Positions 52,153 to 64,000 of a DNA stretch of 64,000 bases are shown in pieces. The translations under genes were made by a program, and so were the position numbers. Under the pieces are notes generated by a model. The model did not search any database, was not told where the DNA came from, and worked only from the letters and a program-made list of their open reading frames with translations. Numbering within the stretch: position 1 is the stretch's first letter; every line of letters starts with the position of its first letter. This DNA is from Camelus dromedarius (Eukaryota), in NCBI RefSeq assembly GCF_036321535.1, contig NC_087437.1, forward strand, positions 115,260,001 through 115,324,000. The letters run 5' to 3'.

Positions 52153-52273
52153 AAAATCTTAGCAATGGAAGAAGCTTTGAATTGGGTGAAATACACAGGC
52201 GATGTAACAATTCTACCTAAATTAGGAGCAGTTGACAATTGTTGGCCTATGTTAAGTATTTTCTTTACTGAAT
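52153..52273 (+). CDS. TTC3: TTC3 coding exon 6 (KILAMEEALNWVKYTGDVTILPKLGAVDNCWPMLSIFFTE-Y)
   Basis: gaaaCAG acceptor, T|GTAAGT donor; 121 nt. Confidence 0.95.
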
Positions 52274-53617
52274 GTAAGTATAAATGCTTTAAATTGTTAC
52301 CTGACTCAGTTTTATAAAGGTATTAGTTTGGAAAATAGAATATGTAGCTATGTGATTTCTTACTTATCTTAGGATTTAAAAAAATATTTTTCTCTGAGTA
52401 AGAGAAAAGCCTGAATAAAAGAACTTTAACCTTGTAGTTAATTTTATTCTGTATTTTCTGTCTTAATTATTTCTGTGATGTTACACTTTTAAAAAAATCT
52501 TACCAAATGGATGTCATATGTATACCCAAAGAAAGAGTCCGCAACTTGGACTCATGTATTTTCATTCAGAGGAGAAGTAAGAAACTGAGTTAAGATTACG
52601 ATTTTCATCTCTCTGATGAATCTTTAATTCTCATTTATGATGAAACTGCCTTACGTGTTTTCCTACTTTCTGAAATGTTTTTCTCTAAAGCATTTGAATG
52701 TTAGCAGTGTTTTTTTTATAGTAGTTACTGGAATCTTGAAACAGGAAGTATTGGCTCTTTAGTTGATGATGACTGATAATTTCCCATTTCCACTGAGAAG
52801 AGGGCACATTTTATATTCTTCACCTAAGTGTTAGTAACTAAGTTTAAACATCAAGACAGGTTTTTCTGATGTTTGTTAGACGCTGGGCTGTCTTACACGG
52901 GTAAAGGTGGTTCTCTTCCTGGTTTTGGAGGTTTTTAATTATAGGCTATGTTTTATGGTGGGAGCAGAGGATCAGTATCATGTATTGCGCACCCACGTGG
53001 GCTCATTTCTGACTCTGTTCTCTCTTCTTTATATAAGCCCTGCAAAGTAGCTGCTGTGAAAGTAGTCCTGCAAAGTAGCTCCTATTTTAGAAATGAGCTA
53101 AGTAAAACTTTGAGAGGTTAGGTGACGTTTCTTTAGTAAGCAGTAGAACCTAGATGTGAAGTAGGTCTTTCTGATCTCAAAGTCCAGGTTTTTGTTCTAT
53201 AATCTTATTCTGTCGCTTTAGTACTAGTTTACTTTATTTGGTGATCTTCTGAAATCCTTTCTTCAGTCTTAAGTTTTAGGGACTACTTTTGCCTTGGAAA
53301 TGAATATATTTGGCTAGAGGCACAACTATAGTTTGGTTGCAGTAAAGTTATTATTTACCACTTAAAAAAACCTTTTTTATAGAACAGCTTAAAATAAAAA
53401 AATGAGGTCTGGTAAATTTTCAGCATAAATTTTGGTTATTACCTATTGCAGTTTAATAAAGTTTATTAAATTTTTATGAGACTAGTGTTTCAAATAACAT
53501 CTCATTTTAACATTCATGAGAGCCAAAATGTTGCAGTAGTTATTTTAAATTCTTCATTTGTTACATTAAATACATTTTAGAAAGTAGTTTCCCAGGTTTT
53601 TGTTTTCACACATTTTA

Positions 53618-53786
53618 TTGTTTGTTTAAAATTTAATTAATTTATTATTGTATTATTTAATTATTTTATTTTTGCAGAGGGTGGGTAATTAGGTTTATTT
53701 ATTTTTAGAGAAGGTACTGGGAATTGAACCCAGGACCTCATACATGCTAAGCATGTACTCTACCACTTGAGCAATACCCTCCCCTC
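53618..53786 (-). mobile_element. Vic-1-like SINE
   Basis: SINE consensus; perfect 17-bp TSD TGTTTTCACACATTTTA at 53601-53617 and 53787-53803. Confidence 0.92.
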
Positions 53787-54197
53787 TGTTTTCACACATT
53801 TTAATTGAACTCTGTGCTAGATACACCCTAGGTGTTCAATAATTGTTGAATTGACTTGAGTAGTTTGAGGCCTATTTGGAATGTGTTGTGACAGAGCATT
53901 GGTAACTACAATTAGAACTAGAGTAATAATAAACAAGTGGGATTTTTTGATGCTAGAAATAAAACAGATTAGATTCATAGCAAGCAATGAATTTAACGTT
54001 TTCTGAAACATTTTATCAGTTGTTTATTTAAAAATATATTATTGATGCATGTAGAGTACAAGAAACATATTATTTAGAAAGTATATCATGAACTTTACAG
54101 ACTCACCTATCTAACCTAAGAATTAGAATATTAACAATACCAACTTGTTTTTTTTTAAACAAATGTTTTCTCACTCTCTCCTAAAAATAAAATTTAG

Positions 54198-54283
54198 ATA
54201 AGTATCACATAACTAAAGTTGTAACAGAAAACTGCAATTTGCTTGAAGAATTTAAAACCCAAAATTGTGCAGAGTGTGTAGAG
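54198..54283 (+). CDS. TTC3: TTC3 coding exon 7 (KYHITKVVTENCNLLEEFKTQNCAECVE)
   Basis: aatttAG acceptor, GAG|GTAAGA donor; 86 nt. Confidence 0.93.
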
Positions 54284-55281
54284 GTAAGAATAAATATTTA
54301 CTTGTAAGTATGTTTTTAAGATTTACTTCTTAGAACTTTGATTAAAAGCGAATTTCAGTAAACACTGGTGTATGACAATCCACAAAGAGCTACTGTAAAA
54401 TTCAGTAACATTTTGAGGGAAGTTTTTAATAAATATTGATTGAAAATTTTTTTTGGAAGAGGAAACCAGTATCTTGATCAGAATTTTCTGATGTTATGCA
54501 TTTTAAAGAGTTAGTTGAAATTTCTTTTAAAATTAAAAGACTTCATTAGTTGAGGGAATATGATTTTCTTTGGGAACAACTTTATTGACATGCAATTCAC
54601 ATGTCATACAATTTATTCATAGGAATTATGATTTTAACTAAATTTTTAAGAGATGTAGGAAGATATTTAAAAGTCTATCTAATTCTTTGGCTAAAGCCAT
54701 TGATATAATCCAGTTTATTTTAGTTTATTTTGAAAATTTGAATGTTTAAAGTGACAAGTTTCAGTTAAATCTGTAGCATCTTTGATTTTATTCTTGCTAA
54801 CTTTGCCACCTCATTTTGGGGGCAGTTAATGTAACCACCATTGCCTATATGTTACTGATTTATATATATATATTTTTAAGCACTCAGGTTTATTGAATAA
54901 TACCACATTTTCTAATCTAAATTTAAAATTCTATCTTGTATCTATTTTTTTCCCTGCCATATGCAAGCATAATAAGATATATTTAAAAGTGGGCCTGCCA
55001 AATATTGTTCACAAGGGGACAGATTGTTAGTAGTATTCATAACGTGATGGTTTTGCTTACTTTTTAATATTCTTTTAACAAAGAATTGAGTCATCAGAAA
55101 CAGGTTTCCTTAAATAAATTGTACCAAAATATTGGGTAATGAATTCTCATTTTCCACATAAATAATCCCCCAGGTTATTTCTGATCTCTAAGATAGAAAC
55201 CCAGAACCATTTTTTGTAGGTATTGGGGTTCCTGATTGTATGCAGTTAATTGATGGGTCTTCTTTTACCTTGGTTTCTCAG

Positions 55282-55376
55282 CAAGGAGAACTAATGAAAA
55301 TGAAAGGAAATGAAGAGTTTTCCAAAGAAAGATTTGATATAGCTATTATCTATTACACCAGAGCCATTGAATGTAG
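55282..55376 (+). CDS. TTC3: TTC3 coding exon 8, first TPR (QGELMKMKGNEEFSKERFDIAIIYYTRAIEC-R)
   Basis: tttctCAG acceptor, AG|GTAAGA donor; TPR signature KGNxxF...A...YTRAI. Confidence 0.96.
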
Positions 55377-56509
55377 GTAAGAGCAAAACAGAACAATGAG
55401 ACCCTTTCTATGTGGCAGAGCAAATTGGAGTGCTAGTCAGTAGAAAGAAACGCAAGATGAGGAATTGGAGAGTATCTTCAACTTGCTATGCAGAGTACAT
55501 TTTCTCACCCTCAGGTATTAGAAACATGAGAGATGGCCTGAGTGCATGAACTTAATCAAGCAGTATGACTCTGGCAAGTCAGGCAAAGTTGTGAGTTTTG
55601 TTCTGTTCTGCCCCACTTTTCTCCCCCAGATTTTAAGTAGAGTTCTCTGTTCTTTCTTTTTCTTGTTTTGCCTTCAAATAATTCCTTCCAAATTATTAAC
55701 TTATCAAAAAGGGTTAGTTACTAATCTTTGAGATGTCAACCATTCAGAGATTTTTGCTGTCTGAGAGGGAGCTTTTAAAGGATAATAGTTGAAATTATTG
55801 AGAGAATGTATGTGTTCTTTCTGTCTCATTCTCTGTTTGCTCAGCTACTAGAGTTTTGTAGCTTTCCTGCAAGTGTGCCTCACACTTGGCTCTTACTGAC
55901 CTCTTAGCTGGGCCACCTCATATTGTAGCAGCCTTAGGAAGGTGCATTTTAGACAGCTGCCTTTTTTCCTGCCTTACTCATGTCCATGAGGAATGAGTGA
56001 ATCTGGGTAGCACACCACATCTGAAAGGCTACTGCTCTGTTTTTCTGAGGAAGAGGTAGAGGAGAGGGAAATAAGTTTCACCATGTATGAAACTTTAGAG
56101 AAAACTAAAAAGGACAGAACTTGAAATGAAGCTTTTAAGTTACTGTTGGAATTTACAGACTTTGAGTTCTTTGTCGAGGTGGTACAGTCCTGACTTAAAT
56201 ACTTGTAGTTTGCTAGCTTTTTAATGTCTCATTTGATCCTCATAATAGCCCTGTGAGCTTGGCAGAAAAAGTAGAACTCTTTAATCCTCATTTTGAATAC
56301 AGGGACATTTAAGTTGATGTAAACAAGTTACTCAGGTAGAAAGTGAAGGAACCAGGATTTAGCCAGTTAAGACTCCAAATCTTAACATTCTTTCTGCTCT
56401 GCCACGTGGATGTAAAATTTTTGAAAAATTTCCCATGCCTTATGTTTTCTGTGGTATGTTTGTTTTGTATGTAATGTGCTTTACTGACAAAACATTATTT
56501 CTTTTAAAG

Positions 56510-56572
56510 ACCTGAAAATCACCTTCTTTATGGTAACCGAGCTCTTTGTTTTCTGCGCACTGGACAGTTTAG
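56510..56572 (+). CDS. TTC3: TTC3 coding exon 9, second TPR start (PENHLLYGNRALCFLRTGQF-R); gene continues beyond the window
   Basis: cttttaaAG acceptor, AG|GTAAGT donor; TPR signature LYGNRA; no following exon recognised before 64000. Confidence 0.95.
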
Positions 56573-58939
56573 GTAAGTTGGTTAGATAGCCTAATTACTG
56601 AACTATTAGACTAAGTGCCTGTTTTTGAGAAATATTTCTGTTTTGCAATTATGCAAGAAAATCCTTCAGTAGCTCTTTGGCAGGAATTAATGGCTAACAC
56701 AGAGATCTGTAGGCTTTATATATAATAACAACAGTGACAGAAATAGCTGTTCTGATTGAGTGGATAATATGTGATTTATATTATTTTAAGCACTTCACAT
56801 AGATTATTTAATTCTCACAACACATTTAATAGGTAGATAATGTTAATCTCCACATTGACATTTAGACAAGCTTATATACTATTAGTAATTAGTAATTGTA
56901 AATTGGTTTCTATTCTGCCCCATTTTTTTCAAGCTATGATGTAGTGATGCCAAGATTTGAATACAGATGTTATCTGGTGATGATGACAAAGTCTGTGTTT
57001 ATAACACCTATTACTACTTCTTTTGCTCTATTAATCTTTATAGTTCTGGAAGAATTTTTGCTGTATTTGTTTTCTCTATTTACCTTGGTATGAAAAAATT
57101 AAGTAAATGTTCTTAAGTGAAAGAAAGGAAATTTAATGGTTGAACTTTGGGAGTGAAATTGTAATTAATTCTTAGTTCCTCATGTTGAACTGAGCTTTTG
57201 TTTATTAGTTGGAAAAGATTGTTGACACTGTACCATGATTTTACTGTCTCTCTCTCAGTTTAAAATTTTTAGGACTTCAGTATTAAGCATTAATATTGAG
57301 CAGTGAAGACTGTTACAAAACTCTTTCCTAACTTATTGTAAGAAGGGTTTAGAGTTGCTTCAAGAAATTATCCACTCAGTAGAATGATATTAAAAAAACA
57401 AACTGAAAAACCAAGTTAGAGCCTGGGATTCTCAGTATAAAGCTCCATAGGCATAAGGTCCTGCTTAATTATTAGTTATAATTCATATTTGTGTCTGACC
57501 TTTCTGTTGCCCAAAATAAAAAGAAAACCTGACAAGTTACATAATTCTCACCATCCATGAAGAAAAAGGGACACCAGTTGCTCAGGTGAAACACTTTTCC
57601 TGGTGTTTAGTTCTGGAAGAAATTTCTCATATGGGTTACAAGCAATATGAACTGAGTGATGGAGTAGGGAAGAACCTGAGCACACTCCTGTTCAGAGCAA
57701 AAAACTCCCTGGGAGTGCACTTTTGGGTTTCACAGATGATTTCGTGTGTGTGTGTTTTCTCATGGAAGCAGAGAGTCTGATACCCGTTGTTTTTCACTGA
57801 AAGCACTTATGTTGGGATGTGGGAGGGTGGGAGTGGGGAATGTAGTATATTCCAAGTATGTAGCTTTCAAAAATAACATTTATGTTTTTCTTTTATTATA
57901 AACAGAACACTTTCTCATGGTAGAAAATTTGGAAAATACAAGAGTTTAAAAAGAAGAAAATAAAAATCACCACTAATCCAACCACCTCGGAGAATACCGC
58001 TGTATTAACGATATGCAGCTTTTAGGTGGCTTAAGCCGTGGATAAACCGAGGCTATCTAGTCTAGAGGAATGGATGGGCTTGACACAGTCTTCCATCAAT
58101 CCACTGTCCTCAACTGGTTCTCACAAGAAATGAGCTGCAAATGTCTTAGGTTATTGCCTCTGGCTAGGTCCAGAATTGCAGATATCCTGTTTGAAGGTGA
58201 ATCTGTATGATTTCAAGATGAATAGTTTGGCAACTTGGCTAGCCTCTTGTGAAAATGGAGGTGCTTGTCTGAAACTTGATTGGGCAGAAGGTCAGCCCCT
58301 CTGCATAGGGGGACGCCGAGAGCTGAGAGGCAAACCAGGGTGTTTCTGCCCTCTTTCGTGAGTGTTCAATGCTAGACACTCAAGCAGGATCCTCCTAAAA
58401 CTCCGCTGTAAAGGAGGTACATCAAAGTAGAAATACAGAAGCCAGGGCCTGATGAGGTGGAGGTCAATAGCAGGGTTGTGCGTCCAGCCTTGTACCTCCT
58501 TCCTGACCGTCTAGCTCTGTGGTTCAATACCACTGAAGTTTTCTCTGGAGGCAGGTCAGCAGCACTTCCTTCTTAGGCAGTCACCAGTATGTATTGGATG
58601 CTTATTTAATGTCAGAAGCATTATACCACATTGGCTTTGCTGGTATTTCCCACCTCGTTCATTGTTGATATGACTTGCTCAGTAATGTAGGGATAATGTT
58701 TTCTGAATATGCAGTACATATAGCTCCTGATCAGGTGAACAGACGATGTGACTTCAGAAAAGAACACGTGACCAGTGATTCAGTCGTGCATTGACCCACG
58801 AGGACCCGGCCATTTAGCTGAGTTACCAAGGTTGAGATGTTTTCAAGCTCTCACATCCAGGGTTGGTAGACCTGTCATGGGGATTTGGCTGAGCAGCTGT
58901 GGGAACATCCGGGGATAAAGCATCCAAGCTCCCTGGCTC

Positions 58940-59135
58940 TCTTCTGAGCCGTTTATATGTGTTAACTCATAAAACTCACAACCCTGTGAGGTAGATGCTG
59001 CTGTCTCTTTATAGATGAGGAAACTGAGGCCTGCAGAGGTCAAGTAGAGTGTCCTCCGACACTAGGTAGGTGTTATGGAGCCAAAATTTGAACCCAGGCA
59101 GCCTGGATGCAGAGTCTCTACTGTTAATCACCACA
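58940..59135. mobile_element. MIR
   Basis: ctcacaaccctgtgaggtag...tagatgaggaaactgaggc...tttgaacccaggcagcctgg. Confidence 0.85.
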
Positions 59136-59199
59136 GAAATGTGATGACAGAATCAAAGGGCAATGTGAAAATGGAAAAAAAAATTAAAAATGGTCTAAA

Positions 59200-59945
59200 T
59201 AGTAAATAAACACAGTTATCCTTAACAGGACATGCAGATTAAAAACCATGAGGCACTCTTTGGTACCCATCAGATTGGCAAAAATTTAAAAACCTCATAA
59301 TACCGAGTGTTTGAGAGGATGTGGAACAAAGGAAACTTTCATACTCGGCTGGAGAAGTGTAAATTGGTGCGAGCACTTTGGAGAGCAATGTGGCAAGGTG
59401 AAGATGTGCGTACTCTGCAGCCCACTTCTGGGCTCTCCAAGAAGATATGTACAAGCCTTCATTATAGTGTTGTTTGTAAGAGTAAAGAAATGAAAGAACC
59501 TAAAAGTCCATCAGTAGGGGAATGGATAAAATGAATTATGGTATATTCATACAATGGAATTCTGTGCAGCAGCTAAAATGAATGCAATGTTGAGTGAAAA
59601 AGCAAGTTGCAGAATGATTTGTACGGTACAATGCCATTTACATGATGTTTAAAAATGTAAACTGAAATGCCTATTCATAATTAATACATAGTGTGTATTA
59701 AAAATGTTTTTAAGGTGCATGGGCCTAACACCAGGGGAGTGACTGTCTCTGGGGAGGGAAGGAGGGAAAAAGATTGGAGATGGGAAAGATGGTTTACAGT
59801 GGATGTCAACTGTAACAAACCTCTGCAGAAAGATCTGAAGTAAATATGGCAAAATGTTAAGATCTTGCTAAGCTGGTATATGGGTGTTGATTATGTTAAT
59901 GTTATTCTCTGTATTTTTATGTATACTTGAAATATTTGATAAAAG
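59200..59945 (+). mobile_element. Old L1 (L1ME-like) 3' fragment
   Basis: cccatcagattggcaaaaattt...gagcaatgtggca...gtccatcagtaggggaatggataaa. Confidence 0.75.
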
Positions 59946-62779
59946 GAACAAAATGTAATTAAAAATGCATATAAGATGAAAAAAAAAGCAGTAAACATCA
60001 AGGATAAAGTAAGTAAAAAAAAGTCTTGAAAGGAGAGGGATATAAGTTTTTTACGACCAATGGCTGGGAGCCTGAGGTGAGGGTTGTGTGGGGAAAATGC
60101 TTTATTTAGAAATGGTCAAAGTCGTGGTGGTGGTTTTAATGCCAAATAGTCACACAGTTTGTTAATCTGACCACCTTTGGGTGGATCTGGGTGAGGCCAA
60201 GAGCCAATCAGAACCCTTACCGTTCTCTAGAGGTGTGGAGTCCCAGGTCTGCAGATGCCACACTGGGAAATACGCGAAATGGGGTTGGAGTGTGGGAGGG
60301 GTGGGTGGAAGTTGGCTCCCTCCTGCCCCATCTTCTCCCTACTGAATCCTTCAAGCTGAGGAATGTGTGCAGTATATGCCAGAATACCTGGCTTGGACGA
60401 GATGTCCTTTTTATTCTGGTCTTCCAGAAGTTTACTTTTCAAAAACAATTTGGTAGTTAGAGGGCATTTTAGGGTGATAATTTTTTTTTGAAGTAATTAG
60501 AAATTTTCAGATTAGAGGAGAATTTAGAAAAAGCAATCAGTTATATCTATAGCTTCTGTAGGAATACTAATTATGCAGTGTATATGATTAGGCTTATGTT
60601 TAATTCATTCTTGTGGGACTTACATGTGGAAATTTGATTTCTTTGACAGGTGGGATGAACTGTAATGGGAAATGTAATTGGAGAAGGGGAAAGCTTAGCC
60701 TTGGATTTTTTTTTTTAATTTACTTTGGAAAATTGTGCAATTTTGAAACTTGGTATTTACTTTGACCTTTTGGTATTTAACTGTTTATCCATTATATGAT
60801 ATTTCCTTCTATTAGATCCCAACTTGTGATTAATAGGTGGATTGACTTACTGACCTGTGTGTGTGTTTCTGAATTTCTCTGAGGCCCAAGGTGTAAATCA
60901 AATCAATTGTATGTTTCTGTGAGAATTTCAAAAATCTGAAGTGTGTGTGGAGAGCTTTAGTGTGAGCGTGTTGGTGAATTACTCCTCAGTCTGCTCTCTG
61001 TCGTATTACGGTCTCATTTTTGCTTACAAGCTACTGAATTTGCTTTTAAAGAAAAGTTATTTTTTCAGTCTTCTTTGGGGTGCACCTTCTTTTTAAAAAG
61101 CTGTAACAAAGCACATCATGAAAAATTAAGAGTACAAACGGATAAACTGAAAAGTTGCCCAGCTCATGTCCCTGCCCTAACTTTCTTCAGATCCTTATGT
61201 TTCCATAATATTTTATGCCTATACGAGCACATACGTTGAACCAAGTGAGGTTGCCGTATTTATAAGTCAGAGTAAGGCAGTTTTGTTTCGTTCAGTGTAA
61301 TGTATATTTCTTTTTTTTTTTAAACATGGGTAGGAGCATATTACATATACTGTTGTACATGTTGCTCCTTTTAATGTTTAAATCGTGCAGTTGTTGTATC
61401 AGTGTATATGAAGATCTACCCTAGTTCTTACTCATGGCTACACAGTCTTTTACTCAATGGATTAGTTTGTATTAGAACATAGATTGTTTCCAGCTTAGAA
61501 AACCATACACAACTTTGTAATATCCTTTTCCTTACGTTCTACACTCAGATGCAAGTGTATATGTGGGATAAATTTCTGATAAATTTATTTTACTTGGGTA
61601 AAAGAGTGTATGTAATTTCAATTCCAGACACTGACTTTTAATTTAAAATGTATATGTTTATTAAGTCAATGGTTAATTGTCACTGCATATTTGACAGTAA
61701 CTGACCATTATATCTGAATCCTGCTTTTGTTGCTTCGTTGTAAGTTCTAGAAACTTGGGAAGTAGTATTGTTCTTTCTTTGTTGGTTTGGTCAGGCCCTG
61801 AAAGTGATGATTTACAATAGGTGAAAAAATGGTAACTCTTGTGGCTTTCAAAGTTCTTACATACTTACATGTTGTGGTTTGAGAGAGTCAATTAATAGCA
61901 TCTCCTTCCCCTCACAAGTCCAGAATCAGTTAAGAGATGGAAGCAAAAGACAGGCAAATGGTGATCCAATCTTGTCTCCAATAGTAATACAGTTGTTGAA
62001 CAGGGTCTTAAGTCTGATAGCCACGTGATGTGTTGTGTTAGTTCTCCCATGGTCTCCCATGGTAAACGTTAAGCTTGAGGAAAAGGGAATCTGGTGTTAT
62101 GTTGGTGTTTAAGATAAGTTCCCAAAGAGTAAGAAAAAGAAAGAGGCTAAGCCACATAGGATTAGTGCCTCTCCCCCACCATTAGATAAATTGTTACTAT
62201 TCCCTTGGGGATAAGTTAGTAAAGGTTGTGGAGAGTGGAGGGAGAGCTCAAGAGTGCCAAATCTAGCAAAGGGGAAAGTAAGTGTTCTTTCCTAACGTGT
62301 TTTAGGGCAAAAGGGTATATATATCTGTATATGACTGGAGAAAGAAATACACTTTCCCACATAGCATATAGTGAGTTGGAGCATTTAGGCTGGAACTGTG
62401 TTTCTGACCCTCTGTTCAGTATGCTCACGACTATGTCACATAGTCTTTAAAGGTAAATAACCATTTGTGTCTCTTGGGTTTTCCTATTTTCATAGGTTCA
62501 TTGTGCAGGGTATTGCTGCTGCTAAATATTCCTGCTATTCAGAGTGTTTAAACCCTGGACCACAGTGATTTGAATGAGCAATAACACCATGTAATTTACT
62601 ACGCCCACTTTGCTTTAGCTTCCAGAAGAATGTGATCAAATGCTAGTAAATGTGAAAATATTCGTATTAACATTAATATACATTTATATATTAAATGTGT
62701 TTATGATATATGTGATTATATCAATGCAATATAGTATGTTTATATTATAGGTATCATAGTATTTTATATTATAACATTT

Positions 62780-64000
62780 AACATTGATTTAACAAATATT
62801 GGAGTTCTGTTTATAGATATGTCAGAAATGAGCAAAAACAGACAGAGCCCCTGTGTTCCAGACAGTGGGCCAGCAGTGTGAAGGCCTGTGGTGAAAAGGG
62901 GCGTGTTGCGTTAGTGGAATTAATGGTGTGCCTGAATCCAGAGAAGGAAGAGGAGAGGTGGTCAGGGACTTGACCAAGGAGGGTCTGGTAGGCTGCACTG
63001 AGGCTATTGGCCTTCAAGAGCATCAAGAGGAGAGTAAAGGATTTTAAACTGAGGGGAGATAGATTAATATCTTAAAAAGAGCATTCTAGTTGCAGTGAGG
63101 AGAATGGATTTGGAGAGGATATGGCATGAATGTGGGTTAGGAGGCTGTTGCAGTATTCTCGTCCAGAGGTGATGGTGGCTTGGAGCAGGGTAACGGCTGT
63201 AGAATGGAGAAGTGGAAAGATTTGAGATACTGTGGAGGTAAAATTGATAGAAATTGTTTATGGTTTGGTGTTGGGGATCTAGGCAGAAGGCAGTGTTTGG
63301 AACTGTTCTGAGGTTTGTGTCTTCAGCAGCTTCATGGATTATAGGCCCACTCCCACACAGTGGGGTCACTGGAAGAGAAAGTTGTAGGAAGGAGAGCTTG
63401 ACTTCACTCTTGGATGTACTGAGTTGAAGTGTTCTTGAGGGATCTAAATTGGAATGTTGTGTAGGTAGTGAGTTTTGTGGATCTGGGACTCAGAGGAAAA
63501 GTTTGGGTAGGAGACGCCCATTTGGATTAGTTAACCTAGGTAATTTGAAGTTGTAGTTGTGGGTAAGCTTGGGGAGCTGATTCTCAGCTATTACTGCACA
63601 TTGGAATCATTTGAGTTTTGAAGAATTTCCGCCCCTCCAAGATATGATTTCATTAATTGGGCATTGGGCTTTTACAAGTGCCCCCAGATAGTACTAATGT
63701 GCAGCCATGGTTGAGACCCACTCGTCTAGAGAGAGCATGGGTTGAATTAGAAGAGGAACCAGTACTGAGCTTTGGGAGACGAACGGCGGCCAGTAAGAGA
63801 AGGGTGAACCCGCACGGGAGGCTGTTAAGAGATGGTAAGACAGATAGGAGGAGAACTAAGTATGGGATCGCGGAAGCAGGTGAAAGAGGGGCCAGCTGTG
63901 CCTCGTGCTGAGAAGCCGCCTGCAGTTTGGTTTTAGTAAGACGGACATCTTTTAGTTACCGTAGGGAGAGCTTTCAGTGCTAAGCTTAAACAGTTACTGG
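62780..64000. mobile_element. L2 fragments with a MER5-like insertion (~63575-63722)
   Basis: gagcattctagttgcagtgaggagaatggattt...gaggctgttgcagt L2 motifs; ctgcacattggaatca...ggttgagaccca MER5 motifs. Confidence 0.6.

Noticed and set aside
56573..64000. Search for the next TTC3 exon or alternative exons (e.g. AG at ~60650)
   Set aside because: No segment continuing the TPR sequence was found; isolated AG/GT sites have no further support

Overview
Mammalian genomic DNA, very probably a camelid (camel/alpaca): about 11 copies of a tRNA-derived SINE that looks like camelid Vic-1, plus L1 3' ends. The window is the orthologue of the human chr21 Down-syndrome-region block RIPPLY3 - PIGP - TTC3. 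It holds the last two coding exons of RIPPLY3 (+, 448-4275), the complete PIGP coding sequence (-, 35192-28396, 4 coding exons), a shared CpG-island bidirectional promoter (~35.3-37.1 kb), and TTC3 (+) from non-coding exon 1 through 9 coding exons (48401-56572), continuing past the window. I placed the coding-exon boundaries by hand; all are GT-AG and phase-compatible. The rest is intronic or intergenic and full of old L1/L2/MIR/LTR/hAT fragments. Almost all ORFs in the supplied track are spurious. I found no convincing new biological system. The most notable observations are a stop-gain trimming the PIGP C-terminus with the old stop still in frame, a 1-nt frameshift of the start matching the human long PIGP isoform, a probable 3-nt acceptor shift in TTC3, two short dispersed duplications that look like templated repair insertions, a fossil hAT transposase, and a perfect intronic hairpin. 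Comparisons with human/mouse proteins and repeat consensus names are from memory and need database confirmation.
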